Virus genome (UHGV): UHGV-0157893
Reading direction: 5' to 3' (one strand)
From: a virus
DNA length: 44,450 bases
The notes below the pieces were generated by a model. It saw nothing but the letters and a program-made list of their open reading frames with translations, was not told the origin of the DNA and made no database searches. Positions 18,535-27,918 of the stretch are shown piece by piece. Within the stretch, counting starts at the first letter, position 1. Each line of letters begins with the position of its first letter. A program made the translations under genes and the position numbers.

Positions 18535-19599
18535 TCAGGTATTGCTGCCGTAGACCACACCTGAACGACCTTTCATATCACAGGTGATCTGAAGACCCTC
18601 AGCAGACATAATGCGGAAGTTGTAGTTATCGGTCGGCATCATGCGCGGTAACGGAACTACGCCAGTGGTCATGCCAATCAGCGGGGTGATGACGCTGCGA
18701 CTACGCTGATAAGCGATAAATTCGTTGCCAGTCAGCGCATAGGTCTGGCGAATATCATCAACCGGGACAAACGGCTTGATAACATCCAGTACACTACCAA
18801 CAATTGCGCCATTAACGATGTGTGGGCGTGCCAGGTTAGCCATGATTTCTGGCGATACCCACATTACATCGTATTTAGCTACGAAGTTGGCGCGGGCCAG
18901 TTTCCCGAACTCACCAGTGGTAAAGAATTCAATAATCTTATCGAAAGTCGCGGTGGTCAGGTCGATTTTAGCGACAGATTTCAGTTTAAGTTGCTGGGTG
19001 TTTTTGTGGTTTTTAATACCCATTGCTTTATGACCATCTACCACGATATTGTCGTTACCGTTCAGATAGAACTGTACGCGGGCTTTATTGAATTTTTTCA
19101 GTTTCAGGCGTTGGCTATCCAGGGCGAGATCGATACCTACAGTATTCAGACCTTGAGCAAGACGCCAGTTGACACCATAACCAGCCGCGAACATCGGGAT
19201 CGGGTCGCCATCGCTGCCGTATTCGGTGTGATCAAAGCCGTGCGGCGCTTGACCATCCATAGACATCACGACTTCATCGTTGATGTCGCCGGATACGCTG
19301 TACATTTTCAGCGTTTTACCGATAGGCAGTACGGTTTGCACACCCATCAGGTCGTTGACGATTTCAATACCGATTTCTTCGGTGTTCAGTTCGATAATCT
19401 GGTTATCTATTTCTTTCCAGAATTCTTTTGCGAAGCCGCCGACGGCGTTACAGGTCAACATTTCAGCGGTCATATTTGCCTGATTTGCTGCAATCATGGC
19501 GTTGTGCTGCTCGTTGAAGATATTGCGTTGCGCCCACAGTTCTTTCCAATGGCCCTGCATACGGGCGTTGGTAGCAAGGTTTTCTTTAGTAAAGTACAT
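18535..19599 (-). CDS. Major capsid protein
   Basis: ATG 19599 with AAGGGGGA RBS; 354 aa; position after scaffold and decoration-like genes; rho-independent-looking stem-loop downstream. Confidence 0.65.
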   Translation of the reverse strand: MYFTKENLATNARMQGHWKELWAQRNIFNEQHNAMIAANQANMTAEMLTCNAVGGFAKEFWKEIDNQIIELNTEEIGIEIVNDLMGVQTVLPIGKTLKMYSVSGDINDEVVMSMDGQAPHGFDHTEYGSDGDPIPMFAAGYGVNWRLAQGLNTVGIDLALDSQRLKLKKFNKARVQFYLNGNDNIVVDGHKAMGIKNHKNTQQLKLKSVAKIDLTTATFDKIIEFFTTGEFGKLARANFVAKYDVMWVSPEIMANLARPHIVNGAIVGSVLDVIKPFVPVDDIRQTYALTGNEFIAYQRSRSVITPLIGMTTGVVPLPRMMPTDNYNFRIMSAEGLQITCDMKGRSGVVYGSNT

Positions 19600-19616
19600 G
19601 TTTTCCCCCTTTTAAA

Positions 19617-20045
19617 TTAAGCGACGCGAACGCGGATAAAGTCTTCCGCTTCCAGGGTTACGTCTTCCTGGCAGTATGCGACAATCGGATCTGCGGGTGC
19701 TGATTCAAGTGGCTCGGTAAACAGCTTGACGCCAGTAGCCGTGAAAGCGATAGCTGCCCCCTTTTTGTATGCTGCGGCAGGGACACGAAGAGCAAACTCA
19801 CGGCCCTGCTCCACATAATCAGCAACAACGGTTGCACCTTTAGCAATTTCATCAGCAATGGTTTTGCCTTCATGGAATGCTGGGTTAACGATGAAAAGTT
19901 GGGCCTTGCCAACATCTGCAAGGGCTGCTTTAGCGAATTTACCTTCAGCCAGTTTAACCAGTTCACCGGGCTTCACCGCCTCATTGGCTGCATAGGTTTC
20001 GGTAATTGACTTGCCATCAATATTTACACGACGAAAACGAAACAT
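19617..20045 (-). CDS. Putative head decoration / capsid accessory protein
   Basis: ATG 20045 with AAGGGGA RBS; 142 aa, Ala/Gly-rich; directly upstream of capsid gene. Confidence 0.4.
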   Translation of the reverse strand: MFRFRRVNIDGKSITETYAANEAVKPGELVKLAEGKFAKAALADVGKAQLFIVNPAFHEGKTIADEIAKGATVVADYVEQGREFALRVPAAAYKKGAAIAFTATGVKLFTEPLESAPADPIVAYCQEDVTLEAEDFIRVRVA

Positions 20046-20061
20046 TGTGATCCCCTTTTAA

Positions 20062-21354
20062 TTAGAAATAAGTGTTAAAGTCTGGTACTTCGCCTTTTTT
20101 ACCTTCGCTTGCTGCGTTGGTTGCCATCGGCGCGGCTTTGCCCAGGGATTTAAACATTGCTTCTAACGCTTCACCACTTAAAGCGTTAGCAACAATTTCG
20201 CCGTGCACTTTTGCTACTGCGGCGCGTTTTTCTGCTACTTCTTTATCTGCGTTTGCTGCGATCTCTTCTTTAATCGCTTTCTGATTGGTCTGTAATTCTT
20301 CTACGCTTGCCTGTACTGGTTTAAGTGCTTCAGCGATTGCATTAGCCATATTAGCGGTGATGCTTTCGTTAATTTCTTTCACCAGTTCGGCGCGTTCTTC
20401 TTTGGTCAAAGGCATGGGTTCACCCTCCGATTTATTGGCCTTAATTTTTTCATTCAGGGAGAAAAGATTAGATAGGTGTTCAGCGAACTGAGCGAACCAG
20501 GATTTACTTTCCTCATTGGTTGCAAGCTCGCCATTATTGAGAATAATTTTATCAGCCTGTTTTTCATATGTGCAAACTTGAGCACTTTCGGTATTAGTGG
20601 CAATTGTCACTTCTTTATCGGTGAAGTCCACAACATAGACATAATCTGCGTCGGAGAACAGTTCACGCGCAGCTTCTTCCAATTGTCTTTCAAGCGTGCG
20701 ATAACTGTTTTCTTTCATTGCCACCGCCATTAACGGCTTCGCCTGGTCAGTGTTAACCATCAGGCCAACGCCCTGCTCTGGCGATGCGGCTGGCGGTTCA
20801 TGAAGTAAGATAGCGTCATGGTCAATCGACATAATTTTGACAACGCTGTCAGCACCCTGGGCTTTCATTTCTTCAGTAGCTGGCATACGCTGACGATATA
20901 CTGCAACAGATGACCAGATCGGATCTTTGCTTTCGCCTTTTTCCAGTGCTTCCAGTCGGCTCAATAATTCGCGGCCCTGTTCTGAATGGCTGGCGGTTTC
21001 AACATCCACCCATTTTTCCACATAAACACGATTGCCGCGTAATTCTACGTTTCTGTTCCACGCCCCACAAAAACCCGTGTTTAATCCTTCCGGGCTAAAT
21101 GCGGAAACAAATTTACCGTCCACGGTAGGATGACCTAACGGGGCAAGTGTTCCCTCCAGCGACTGGTAATTAGCGATAATTTCAGCTTCCGGGTAATATT
21201 CCCGATTCATAACAATATTGAAGGGCAACGTATATGACGGAACTACAATGTGTTCACGCCCGTTATACGTTTCCCGGCGTATGGTATTAGCGGTTAATTT
21301 GGTATTAACCTGAATCAATTCTTTACTCACGGTTTTACTCCCAATCTTCGCCAT
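20062..21354 (-). CDS. Putative capsid scaffolding / prohead maturation protein
   Basis: ORF track start is TTG 21369; ATG at 21354; C-terminal third is Ala/Glu/Lys-rich helical; position between minor head protein and capsid. Confidence 0.5.
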   Translation of the reverse strand: MAKIGSKTVSKELIQVNTKLTANTIRRETYNGREHIVVPSYTLPFNIVMNREYYPEAEIIANYQSLEGTLAPLGHPTVDGKFVSAFSPEGLNTGFCGAWNRNVELRGNRVYVEKWVDVETASHSEQGRELLSRLEALEKGESKDPIWSSVAVYRQRMPATEEMKAQGADSVVKIMSIDHDAILLHEPPAASPEQGVGLMVNTDQAKPLMAVAMKENSYRTLERQLEEAARELFSDADYVYVVDFTDKEVTIATNTESAQVCTYEKQADKIILNNGELATNEESKSWFAQFAEHLSNLFSLNEKIKANKSEGEPMPLTKEERAELVKEINESITANMANAIAEALKPVQASVEELQTNQKAIKEEIAANADKEVAEKRAAVAKVHGEIVANALSGEALEAMFKSLGKAAPMATNAASEGKKGEVPDFNTYF

Positions 21355-22279
21355 ATTTAGCGTGCGCAACCTTATAGTTTTCTTGCGCCCGATCTAATAT
21401 TCGTTTGTTTAATATGTTACCGTCTTCGTCAACCAATACGGTAATCGTGCTACATTTGCAGTTAATTGAATTTGGGGATCTGCTCCACCATTCGCGCTGC
21501 TCATCTATGGTGTATGTTTTCCCGTGCCGCTGCGCGTGCGATAGCCTGGTAGTCGGTGACAATGCCGAAATGTGCATTTGCATGGTGCGCAGATTAAGCT
21601 CTTCTGTCGCCGCTTCTGCCTCATCCATACGCGCTGTGCGTAACGCTGTGCATATTTCAGTTCGGGCAATACGTTTGCACCTGTATAGCGGCAATTGCGT
21701 TTCCTGCTGCAATGTGCGCGCTATTTCCAGTGGATTTAAACCACGGGCCATCCCTTCGGTTAATCGCCGGGCCATATCCTTCTTGATCTGTGCTGTTAGC
21801 CCGCGCATTTCCTCAAATACACGGGTACGAACAAGGGCAAGGCGCGTGCGGTAAGTCGTACTTGATAGCACGGCGGATACATCAGGATAAGCGCTTGAGT
21901 AAGTAACAGACTGGTTGGCAAGGTTGGCGTATTCCTGTGCCGTGCCGCGCTGATATGCCACCTTCACGTATTCCTGCCAAAACCAAAAACTTTCCGGGTC
22001 GGTTAGCTCGAATATCTCATCAATCATGTCGCTGGCGTCCTCCAGCATGTCGTGCAATTCATCCATGTAAATCTGGAAGGTGTATTTCTTATTAACAGCC
22101 AGGCTATATTGTATTCTGTCCAGTATGGCGATATATGGATCGGCTATTTTCTTCAGGCAGGATTTGAAACGCTTAATAGCTCCCGACCGTAACTTACCTG
22201 TCATGGTCGGGTCTTCGGTGTTAGATGGCATTATCGCGGCGGGAGGTATTCGCCTGATTATTTTCTTCACCTTCATCAT
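21335..22279 (-). CDS. Head morphogenesis protein (SPP1 gp7 / Mu F-like minor head protein)
   Basis: ATG 22279 with GAGGA RBS; 314 aa; position right after portal. Confidence 0.6.
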   Translation of the reverse strand: MMKVKKIIRRIPPAAIMPSNTEDPTMTGKLRSGAIKRFKSCLKKIADPYIAILDRIQYSLAVNKKYTFQIYMDELHDMLEDASDMIDEIFELTDPESFWFWQEYVKVAYQRGTAQEYANLANQSVTYSSAYPDVSAVLSSTTYRTRLALVRTRVFEEMRGLTAQIKKDMARRLTEGMARGLNPLEIARTLQQETQLPLYRCKRIARTEICTALRTARMDEAEAATEELNLRTMQMHISALSPTTRLSHAQRHGKTYTIDEQREWWSRSPNSINCKCSTITVLVDEDGNILNKRILDRAQENYKVAHAKYGEDWE

Positions 22280-23591
22280 CGTTTTCCTCTTCCATTTCCA
22301 CTACACTGGCTGGGCCATCGTATCCGGCAGCCTCGCGGATCTCGTCACCGCTAAATATTTCTTCACCAGTAGCCAGGCAAGCCTGATTGATTTGCGCCAT
22401 TTTGTGTGCCGCTTCCAGTAGTTCGGCTTTGGTCATGGCGTTAAGGTCGTCCCACAGTACAGATACGTCTACTGGCATACCGATAAGGCGGAGATTTGCC
22501 ATCTTGCGGAATAGTTCTTCAAGCTCGCCTCCTATTTCCTCGCGGCGGGTCATACAGCGATTATTGAAGTAGCGGAGGTCTTCAGTTGATGCGCGTTCAC
22601 CCTGCTGATTCCCAACCAGGATACGCGTCGGGATGTCGATACCAGCGGCGGCAGTTTGCAGGTTGACGTCATAGGTTGCAGATGGATCGGCTACGGCAGT
22701 CACCAGCGGGCTAACACTTGCCCCTTGTAATGCCATCATCACATCATTACCCCTGTTCATTTCTGCTGCTGCCTCGTTGAATTTCTCGCGTAGCTCTGTA
22801 ACGTCGCAATCGTATGTTGCAGCCAGGGAACGGAAATCAATCTCTTTATCGAACGAGATAGCCAGTTGACGCGCGGCATTTTTCAGGAATGACTCACCGC
22901 TGCCGCCTTCCACTTTCTCCAGTGACACAAAGGCGTTATAGGAAGGCTCAAGGAAAGCGATGGCATCATCAGAATAGTCGCCAAATATGAATATGCGATC
23001 AGGGTGGATCTTTCTCGCAATGGTCTTACTGTTAATGCGTTCTTTGTATTCCCACCATGTTGGCAGGCCATAGTTTTCTTTATCCGGGTTTTCTTCGAAG
23101 TCCTTCGGCGTAAGAGCACCAGCCCACACAGGGGTGAATTTGGCAATGCCTACGCCTTTTGTTACTGGCTGATCCCACGGCTTATTATCTCTGACATGAA
23201 TTAACAGGCCCGCATAACGACCGATGAGGCGGCGGCGATCGCATTCAGCTATGACGCGCCAGAAACGATTATCAAATTGCTTTTTAATTTCTCTTTCCCA
23301 CGGCGTTTCCGTTTCTGCTTTCTCGTCTTCCGTACCTTCAATCAGCGTTGGCCTGGTGCGCCAGCACGTAGTAATGATCTTCTCAATGGCACCGTGAGCG
23401 ATACCACCGCGACGATACAGCTTGTAAAGATCTTCATAGGTGATTTCTTCTTTGAATCCGTATTCACTCCACGCAGCGTCACGTTTTGCATCAATACCCA
23501 TTGAGAATGGGTTAGCGGCTGCATAGCGGGCAAAGGCCGCCTGGCGTTGTGACAAGGCAGCATTAACCGCCAATTCTAAATTGGATGGCAT
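22221..23591 (-). CDS. Portal protein
   Basis: ATG at 23591 with AGGAG RBS (the earlier ATG at 23612 lacks an RBS); 456 aa with acidic C-terminus; directly downstream of terL. Confidence 0.7.
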   Translation of the reverse strand: MPSNLELAVNAALSQRQAAFARYAAANPFSMGIDAKRDAAWSEYGFKEEITYEDLYKLYRRGGIAHGAIEKIITTCWRTRPTLIEGTEDEKAETETPWEREIKKQFDNRFWRVIAECDRRRLIGRYAGLLIHVRDNKPWDQPVTKGVGIAKFTPVWAGALTPKDFEENPDKENYGLPTWWEYKERINSKTIARKIHPDRIFIFGDYSDDAIAFLEPSYNAFVSLEKVEGGSGESFLKNAARQLAISFDKEIDFRSLAATYDCDVTELREKFNEAAAEMNRGNDVMMALQGASVSPLVTAVADPSATYDVNLQTAAAGIDIPTRILVGNQQGERASTEDLRYFNNRCMTRREEIGGELEELFRKMANLRLIGMPVDVSVLWDDLNAMTKAELLEAAHKMAQINQACLATGEEIFSGDEIREAAGYDGPASVVEMEEENDDEGEENNQANTSRRDNAI

Positions 23592-23669
23592 AATGTTTAC
23601 TCCTGAATACATGTTTACGCGTTGCTACGCGAAAAATAGAAAAATTAGTGAGTGATTGTGAGGCAGATT

Positions 23670-25148
23670 TTAAAATCCGCGCAGGCGCTTAGGTAACATG
23701 AGGCCCATTGCCTGCGGCTGGCTTAATTCAGTGATACCCCATACCATTGCGTCGAGGCGGTCAGGTGATTTTTTAGCGGTAGCTGGAACGTATTCCATCA
23801 TTTGATTTTCCAGCGTGTACAGGCTGCCTGTGTGGGCCACCCTTCCCTGTGCATACAGTGCCGATATTGGCTCGGCGCGGGCGAATTTACCCTTGCTTGC
23901 GTGCACCTTAACAATGCGGCCTTTGAATCCGGCGTTACGTAGCGTGGCCTCTGCCATTTCGCCGCCCTGGTTTGTTTCGATAACTATCGCGTCAGCTTCA
24001 TGGATGTTGTAGGCGTTCATTGATGCCTGCGCCCAGTCGTTAGGAGACATACGGCCTGAGTAGTCGCCATCAACAGAATACTGAGCATTTTTACCGCCAC
24101 CGTAAGCGGAACATGCAACGATCCCCGTTTCGTCCGATTCTTCCGATGATGTTGTAGCCGGGTCGATAGCTATTACCGTGCGGATCTTGTCCTGCGTTAT
24201 CTGCATCCGGTGCGCTGCGGTTATCATGGCTTCAGTCCACAATGCACCCTCTTCGTCGAATTTACGCGGGCGCTGCATGTACTGGGCCTCGAATGACCGC
24301 CTGTGTGCTTTCAGTCCAGCTTCATGAATGTCATTGTGCTTTTTAGGCCACAGCCATCCATCAGGCAGGTTGTGAGGAATGGGTATTGCGAACTCGTTTT
24401 CAGGGTACAAATCCCTGTAGTCAACGCTATTGTCGATCTTCACTGGCAGGTTAAGGTGATACCACTTCTCACCGCTTCCACCTCGTAACAGGTAGCCGGA
24501 CAAATCATCGTAGTGGATGCGCTGCATGATGACGATAACAGGCGTTGTTTGCACTGCCAGACGTGAAGCAAGTGTGTCGTTATAGTTTGTGTTTACCTGC
24601 TTTCTCACCACGTCAGAGTAAGCGTCAGCGGGTTTTAATGGGTCGTCGATGATTAACGCGCCGTTAAATCCCGGCTCCATATACCCAGCACGGAACCCAG
24701 TTACCTGGCCCAGCGATGACGTTGCATACACGCCGCCACCGTATTCAGTCCACCACATCGATTTCGAGTTGGCATCGTTGCGGATCTTCATGGGCCACAT
24801 TGCCTGATAGTCAGGCGTACAGATCATGTTTCTTACAGTCGAGGAATTGAGTAACGCCAGGTTGTTGGAATAGGAAACGTGAAGGAATCTTGTGCGGGGA
24901 TTTATTGCGAGGGACCGCGCCATCATGTTGATGGTAGCGATCATGGTTTTACCGTACCCTGGGGGAATGTTAATGATGAGGCGGGTTATCTCACCATTAA
25001 TAACGCGTTGTAGTGCATCGCGGATAGCTATGTGATGACCTGAGACAAACATCTTCGTACCGTTTGCTTGCTTGTAGAAATAGCGGTTGAAAAACAGGCC
25101 ATCGTTTTCACATTTGGACTGAATAACTCGTTCTTTGATTGTCAACAT
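23670..25148 (-). CDS. terL: Terminase large subunit
   Basis: ATG 25148 (track start is GTG 25154), GAGGTG RBS; Walker A-like PPGYGKT, Walker B-like LIIDDP, C-terminal nuclease-type acidic motifs. Confidence 0.85.
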   Translation of the reverse strand: MLTIKERVIQSKCENDGLFFNRYFYKQANGTKMFVSGHHIAIRDALQRVINGEITRLIINIPPGYGKTMIATINMMARSLAINPRTRFLHVSYSNNLALLNSSTVRNMICTPDYQAMWPMKIRNDANSKSMWWTEYGGGVYATSSLGQVTGFRAGYMEPGFNGALIIDDPLKPADAYSDVVRKQVNTNYNDTLASRLAVQTTPVIVIMQRIHYDDLSGYLLRGGSGEKWYHLNLPVKIDNSVDYRDLYPENEFAIPIPHNLPDGWLWPKKHNDIHEAGLKAHRRSFEAQYMQRPRKFDEEGALWTEAMITAAHRMQITQDKIRTVIAIDPATTSSEESDETGIVACSAYGGGKNAQYSVDGDYSGRMSPNDWAQASMNAYNIHEADAIVIETNQGGEMAEATLRNAGFKGRIVKVHASKGKFARAEPISALYAQGRVAHTGSLYTLENQMMEYVPATAKKSPDRLDAMVWGITELSQPQAMGLMLPKRLRGF

Positions 25149-25150
25149 AA

Positions 25151-25636
25151 TCACACCTCGTCTTCTACTTCCTGGACGATGCGGGCGATCTCTTCTTTCG
25201 TGACTTCAACCTGAACGGGCGCTTCTTCCTTGTTGCCGACGATCTCCTGTGTGACGCGTTCGCCGTATTTGCGCGGCTGAAGTTTTGCCAGTAGCCACTT
25301 GCGCGTTTCAATCATTAGTTGGTGGCGTCGCAACTGATCTTTATCTGCGTTCTCTGCTGCATCAGCCAGATCGATGATTTCATCAGCCAATACCTCGAAG
25401 CCGATCTCCTTCGCGCGCGCGTACATGATCGAGAATTCCGGTACATCCCTAAACCATTTCAGGATTGTGGAACGGGTAGGCATACCAGGCATTTTCGAAA
25501 TTTTATTAATACTCTGACCATCCGCCACCAGTTCACAGATTTCTAATGCTTTTTCTTCGGTATAACCATGCGGACGGCCCACCTTTTTAGCGGCTGGCTT
25601 TTTATCGTCAGCCTTTGCCTTTTTAGTGCGGGCCAT
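25151..25636 (-). CDS. terS: Terminase small subunit
   Basis: ATG 25636 with GAGGTG RBS; Lys-rich N-terminus then HTH-like KALEICELVADGQSINKISK; stop abuts terL start. Confidence 0.7.
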   Translation of the reverse strand: MARTKKAKADDKKPAAKKVGRPHGYTEEKALEICELVADGQSINKISKMPGMPTRSTILKWFRDVPEFSIMYARAKEIGFEVLADEIIDLADAAENADKDQLRRHQLMIETRKWLLAKLQPRKYGERVTQEIVGNKEEAPVQVEVTKEEIARIVQEVEDEV

Positions 25637-25647
25637 AATTTCACCTC

Positions 25648-25734
25648 TCAAAACCATTTGCACAGAATATATAAACACGCAATTAATGTTGCGCAGTATG
25701 TTAATACTTCCAACCAGTCGAATAGCTCTTTCAT
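25648..25734 (-). CDS. Tiny hydrophobic ORF 6 (28 aa, predicted single TM helix)
   Basis: ATG 25734 with AAGGG RBS; MKELFDWLEVLTYCATLIACLYILCKWF; stop TGA 11 nt before the terS RBS. Confidence 0.45.
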   Translation of the reverse strand: MKELFDWLEVLTYCATLIACLYILCKWF

Positions 25735-25744
25735 TGTTTACCCT

Positions 25745-25789
25745 TTATGCGAAGAAAACGATAACTACTAACAACGTGCATGTAGCCAT
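25745..25789 (-). CDS. Tiny hydrophobic ORF 5 (14 aa; weakest of the array)
   Basis: ATG 25789, weak RBS; MATCTLLVVIVFFA. Confidence 0.2.
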   Translation of the reverse strand: MATCTLLVVIVFFA

Positions 25790-25805
25790 GATTAAGAAAT
25801 CACTG

Positions 25806-25880
25806 TCAGGCATTGATAATAAACCCCACAATAACAACCGCCGCGATACATACGAATAATACAGCTTCGATAGTTTCCAT
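25806..25880 (-). CDS. Tiny hydrophobic ORF 4 (24 aa)
   Basis: ATG 25880 with AGGTGA RBS; METIEAVLFVCIAAVVIVGFIINA. Confidence 0.45.
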   Translation of the reverse strand: METIEAVLFVCIAAVVIVGFIINA

Positions 25881-25888
25881 ATATTCAC

Positions 25889-25957
25889 CTATTGAGTCAG
25901 CGCGGTCATGGTAAGAACAATCGCAACGATCAGGAAAAAGAAATCAAGCCATTTCAT
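25889..25957 (-). CDS. Tiny hydrophobic ORF 3 (22 aa)
   Basis: ATGA start/stop overlap with ORF 2; GGGAG RBS; MKWLDFFFLIVAIVLTMTALTQ. Confidence 0.45.
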   Translation of the reverse strand: MKWLDFFFLIVAIVLTMTALTQ

Positions 25958-26034
25958 TTTTTAAACTCCCGGTATACGTCAACGGCAATGACTACAACTA
26001 CAGCCACCAGCAATAGCATTTCGTATGCGTTCAT
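25954..26034 (-). CDS. Tiny hydrophobic ORF 2 (26 aa)
   Basis: ATG 26034 with GAAGGTG RBS; MNAYEMLLLVAVVVVIAVDVYREFKK. Confidence 0.45.
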   Translation of the reverse strand: MNAYEMLLLVAVVVVIAVDVYREFKK

Positions 26035-26044
26035 GTGAACACCT

Positions 26045-26119
26045 TCAGCTTTCAATGAATATCATGATCGCCAGCCATACAGCGACGCAGGCAGAAAGGG
26101 TAATGAGCGGGTCAATCAT
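26045..26119 (-). CDS. Tiny hydrophobic ORF 1 (24 aa)
   Basis: ATG 26119 with GAGG RBS inside the 3' end of the upstream gene; MIDPLITLSACVAVWLAIMIFIES. Confidence 0.45.
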   Translation of the reverse strand: MIDPLITLSACVAVWLAIMIFIES

Positions 26120-26121
26120 AA

Positions 26122-26706
26122 TTAGCCTCGTTTAAAGCTCATCACACGCGGCACATACGCATCTTTTGCTTTAGGCTTACGTTTGCCTTTCTTAGCTGGT
26201 TTTTTCTCTTCTTTCGGCTCCTCTGCCTGCTCTACTGCCTGCTCTGCTGCATCAGTAGCCTTCTCTGCCTGCTCTAATGCCTTCTCTACGACTTCAGCGG
26301 CCTGCATTGCTGCCACCTGTGCTTCATTTGATTCCGCCAGGATGGGGAAGAATGCGTCAAAGATACGGCCTACCATGTAAGCGTAAGTCTCGTTTGCCGG
26401 ATGGCTGGGATCAGTGGTCGCTACGACGCCCACATCACTTAGAACGTGAAATGTCGTGTGCGCCGCTTCATGTACCAGCGTTCCTAACTCATTGTCGAAT
26501 ACTGCGATCACGTAGAAGTTACCGCCTTTCTCGCCAGTGCAAGTAAGCGTCAATCCTCCTGCCAGTTCGAAATCAGGTTCGATCGGAATTCCTGCCTTTT
26601 CGCAAAATTCATAAAACATCTCGCGGGTCGGGCAAAAGAAAACGGTTGTATGCTCAAAGAGCGGGATCTTGAAGTGAGGCAATTTTAAGCCTTTACCCTT
26701 AGCCAT
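26122..26706 (-). CDS. Hypothetical protein with HExxH metallopeptidase-like motif and Lys-rich tail
   Basis: ATG 26706 with AGGAG RBS; 194 aa; LVHEAAHTTFHV motif; C-terminus EEPKEEKKPAKKGKRKPKAK. Confidence 0.55.
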   Translation of the reverse strand: MAKGKGLKLPHFKIPLFEHTTVFFCPTREMFYEFCEKAGIPIEPDFELAGGLTLTCTGEKGGNFYVIAVFDNELGTLVHEAAHTTFHVLSDVGVVATTDPSHPANETYAYMVGRIFDAFFPILAESNEAQVAAMQAAEVVEKALEQAEKATDAAEQAVEQAEEPKEEKKPAKKGKRKPKAKDAYVPRVMSFKRG

Positions 26707-26967
26707 CAGAATAATCTCCTGTCTGGTTTGCTTTTACTTCCTGTTTATCCATTGCCAGGAATGATATAAAACACTGAAAACGGCGCTTCGTGAGTACCGT
26801 TTCCGGGATTTTATAAAGTGGGCGCTTTCTTCTACCCAGGTAGCGCCGACCTGTTAATGGGACTGTTGATCCGGTATTACGTGTTTTTGACTATTCCGCC
26901 GTCGCTCGCGGGAAGGATTGGCCCGGTTATGGCTGGCTGGCGGAAACGGCGACACGTCCACGCGCTG

Positions 26968-27450
26968 TTATTCTTTGCGTAAGCACTGCGTTTTGATGTA
27001 GTCCTGTAGGCCAGTGATCTGTGCGTCTTTCGTTTTTAGTTGTTCTCTGAGGGATAGATAAGCTGATTCAGCTGATTTAGAGAGTTGGCAGGTGGCTCCA
27101 TCAATGCGGCTGGCGGTTCCTGCGGAGTCGGACACTCGCACGGGTATTGCGTTGACGCGCAGCCTGATAGTGCCGTTATCAATGCCAGTGCGCAGATCGG
27201 CAATGTCAGATCTGATAGCTTTAATCTCATCGTGATACCTCTTATCAAGTTTTGACAGTTCGGCGTTTCGCTCCTTCATCTGCTGAATAGTGTTACTTGC
27301 TGTTTTCAGTGCGCCTTGCGTGGTCGTTAATTCTTCCTGTAACCTTGTCGCCTCACTCTGGTAATGGCATGTTACGGCTGTAAGGCTGGCAATGATGCAA
27401 ACAACAGCGGCGATAATTAACGCCTTCACCTTGTCCACGTTTCCCCCCAT
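26968..27450 (-). CDS. Rz: Spanin, inner membrane subunit (Rz)
   Basis: Track start TTG 27456; ATG 27450; N-terminal TM helix then coiled coil; follows endolysin. Confidence 0.75.
   Translation of the reverse strand: MGGNVDKVKALIIAAVVCIIASLTAVTCHYQSEATRLQEELTTTQGALKTASNTIQQMKERNAELSKLDKRYHDEIKAIRSDIADLRTGIDNGTIRLRVNAIPVRVSDSAGTASRIDGATCQLSKSAESAYLSLREQLKTKDAQITGLQDYIKTQCLRKE
27036..27230 (-). CDS. Rz1: Spanin, outer membrane lipoprotein subunit (Rz1), embedded in Rz
   Basis: ATG 27230 with AAGAGGT RBS; lipobox LSGC; Pro-rich mature region; fully inside Rz in another frame. Confidence 0.7.
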   Translation of the reverse strand: MRLKLSDLTLPICALALITALSGCASTQYPCECPTPQEPPAALMEPPANSLNQLNQLIYPSENN

Positions 27451-27917
27451 TCGCAAACGGCATATTCAACATCACGGCGGTTTACCAGGCCTTGCCACTT
27501 CTTACCGCCAGCGTATACCCAGCGTTTAAGCTGTGCGCACGCTTCTGATTTCTTGCCGTCATTGAGTAGCTTTAATAAGGTTGATGTTTTGAAGTTGGTT
27601 GCGCCTACGTTATAGGCGAATGAATAAAGTGCTGCGCGGGTAAAATCTGATACTTCGACTTTGATATATGGGTCAATCGCTTTTGCGGTCTTGTGTAGAT
27701 CTTTATTTAACAAAGCATCGCATTCTGATTGCGTGTAAGTCTTGCCCAACATGATGTCTTTTCCGGTGTGACCATAGCAAACAGTCCATACACCAACAAC
27801 ATCACGATAAGGATCGTATTCCACGCCCTCTAATGGCTTAATCATCACCGCCGCAATAGCGATCGCCCCACCAGCCGCCGCCGCAACAATTTTGTTTTTC
27901 AGCGATTGGCTAATCAT
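27426..27917 (-). CDS. SAR endolysin (T4-lysozyme-like, GH24 type)
   Basis: ATG 27917 overlapping holin stop; N-terminal Ala/Gly-rich weakly hydrophobic helix (SAR-like); catalytic-region [23 protein letters not shown]. Confidence 0.8.
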   Translation of the reverse strand: MISQSLKNKIVAAAAGGAIAIAAVMIKPLEGVEYDPYRDVVGVWTVCYGHTGKDIMLGKTYTQSECDALLNKDLHKTAKAIDPYIKVEVSDFTRAALYSFAYNVGATNFKTSTLLKLLNDGKKSEACAQLKRWVYAGGKKWQGLVNRRDVEYAVCEWGETWTR

Positions 27918-27918
27918 G

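Noticed and set aside
18820-19620. 266-aa plus-strand ORF antisense to the major capsid gene, and similar antisense ORFs in tape measure (12147..14332), terminase and portal
   Set aside because: Each is fully contained within a better-supported minus-strand structural gene with RBS and operon context; no independent start signals.
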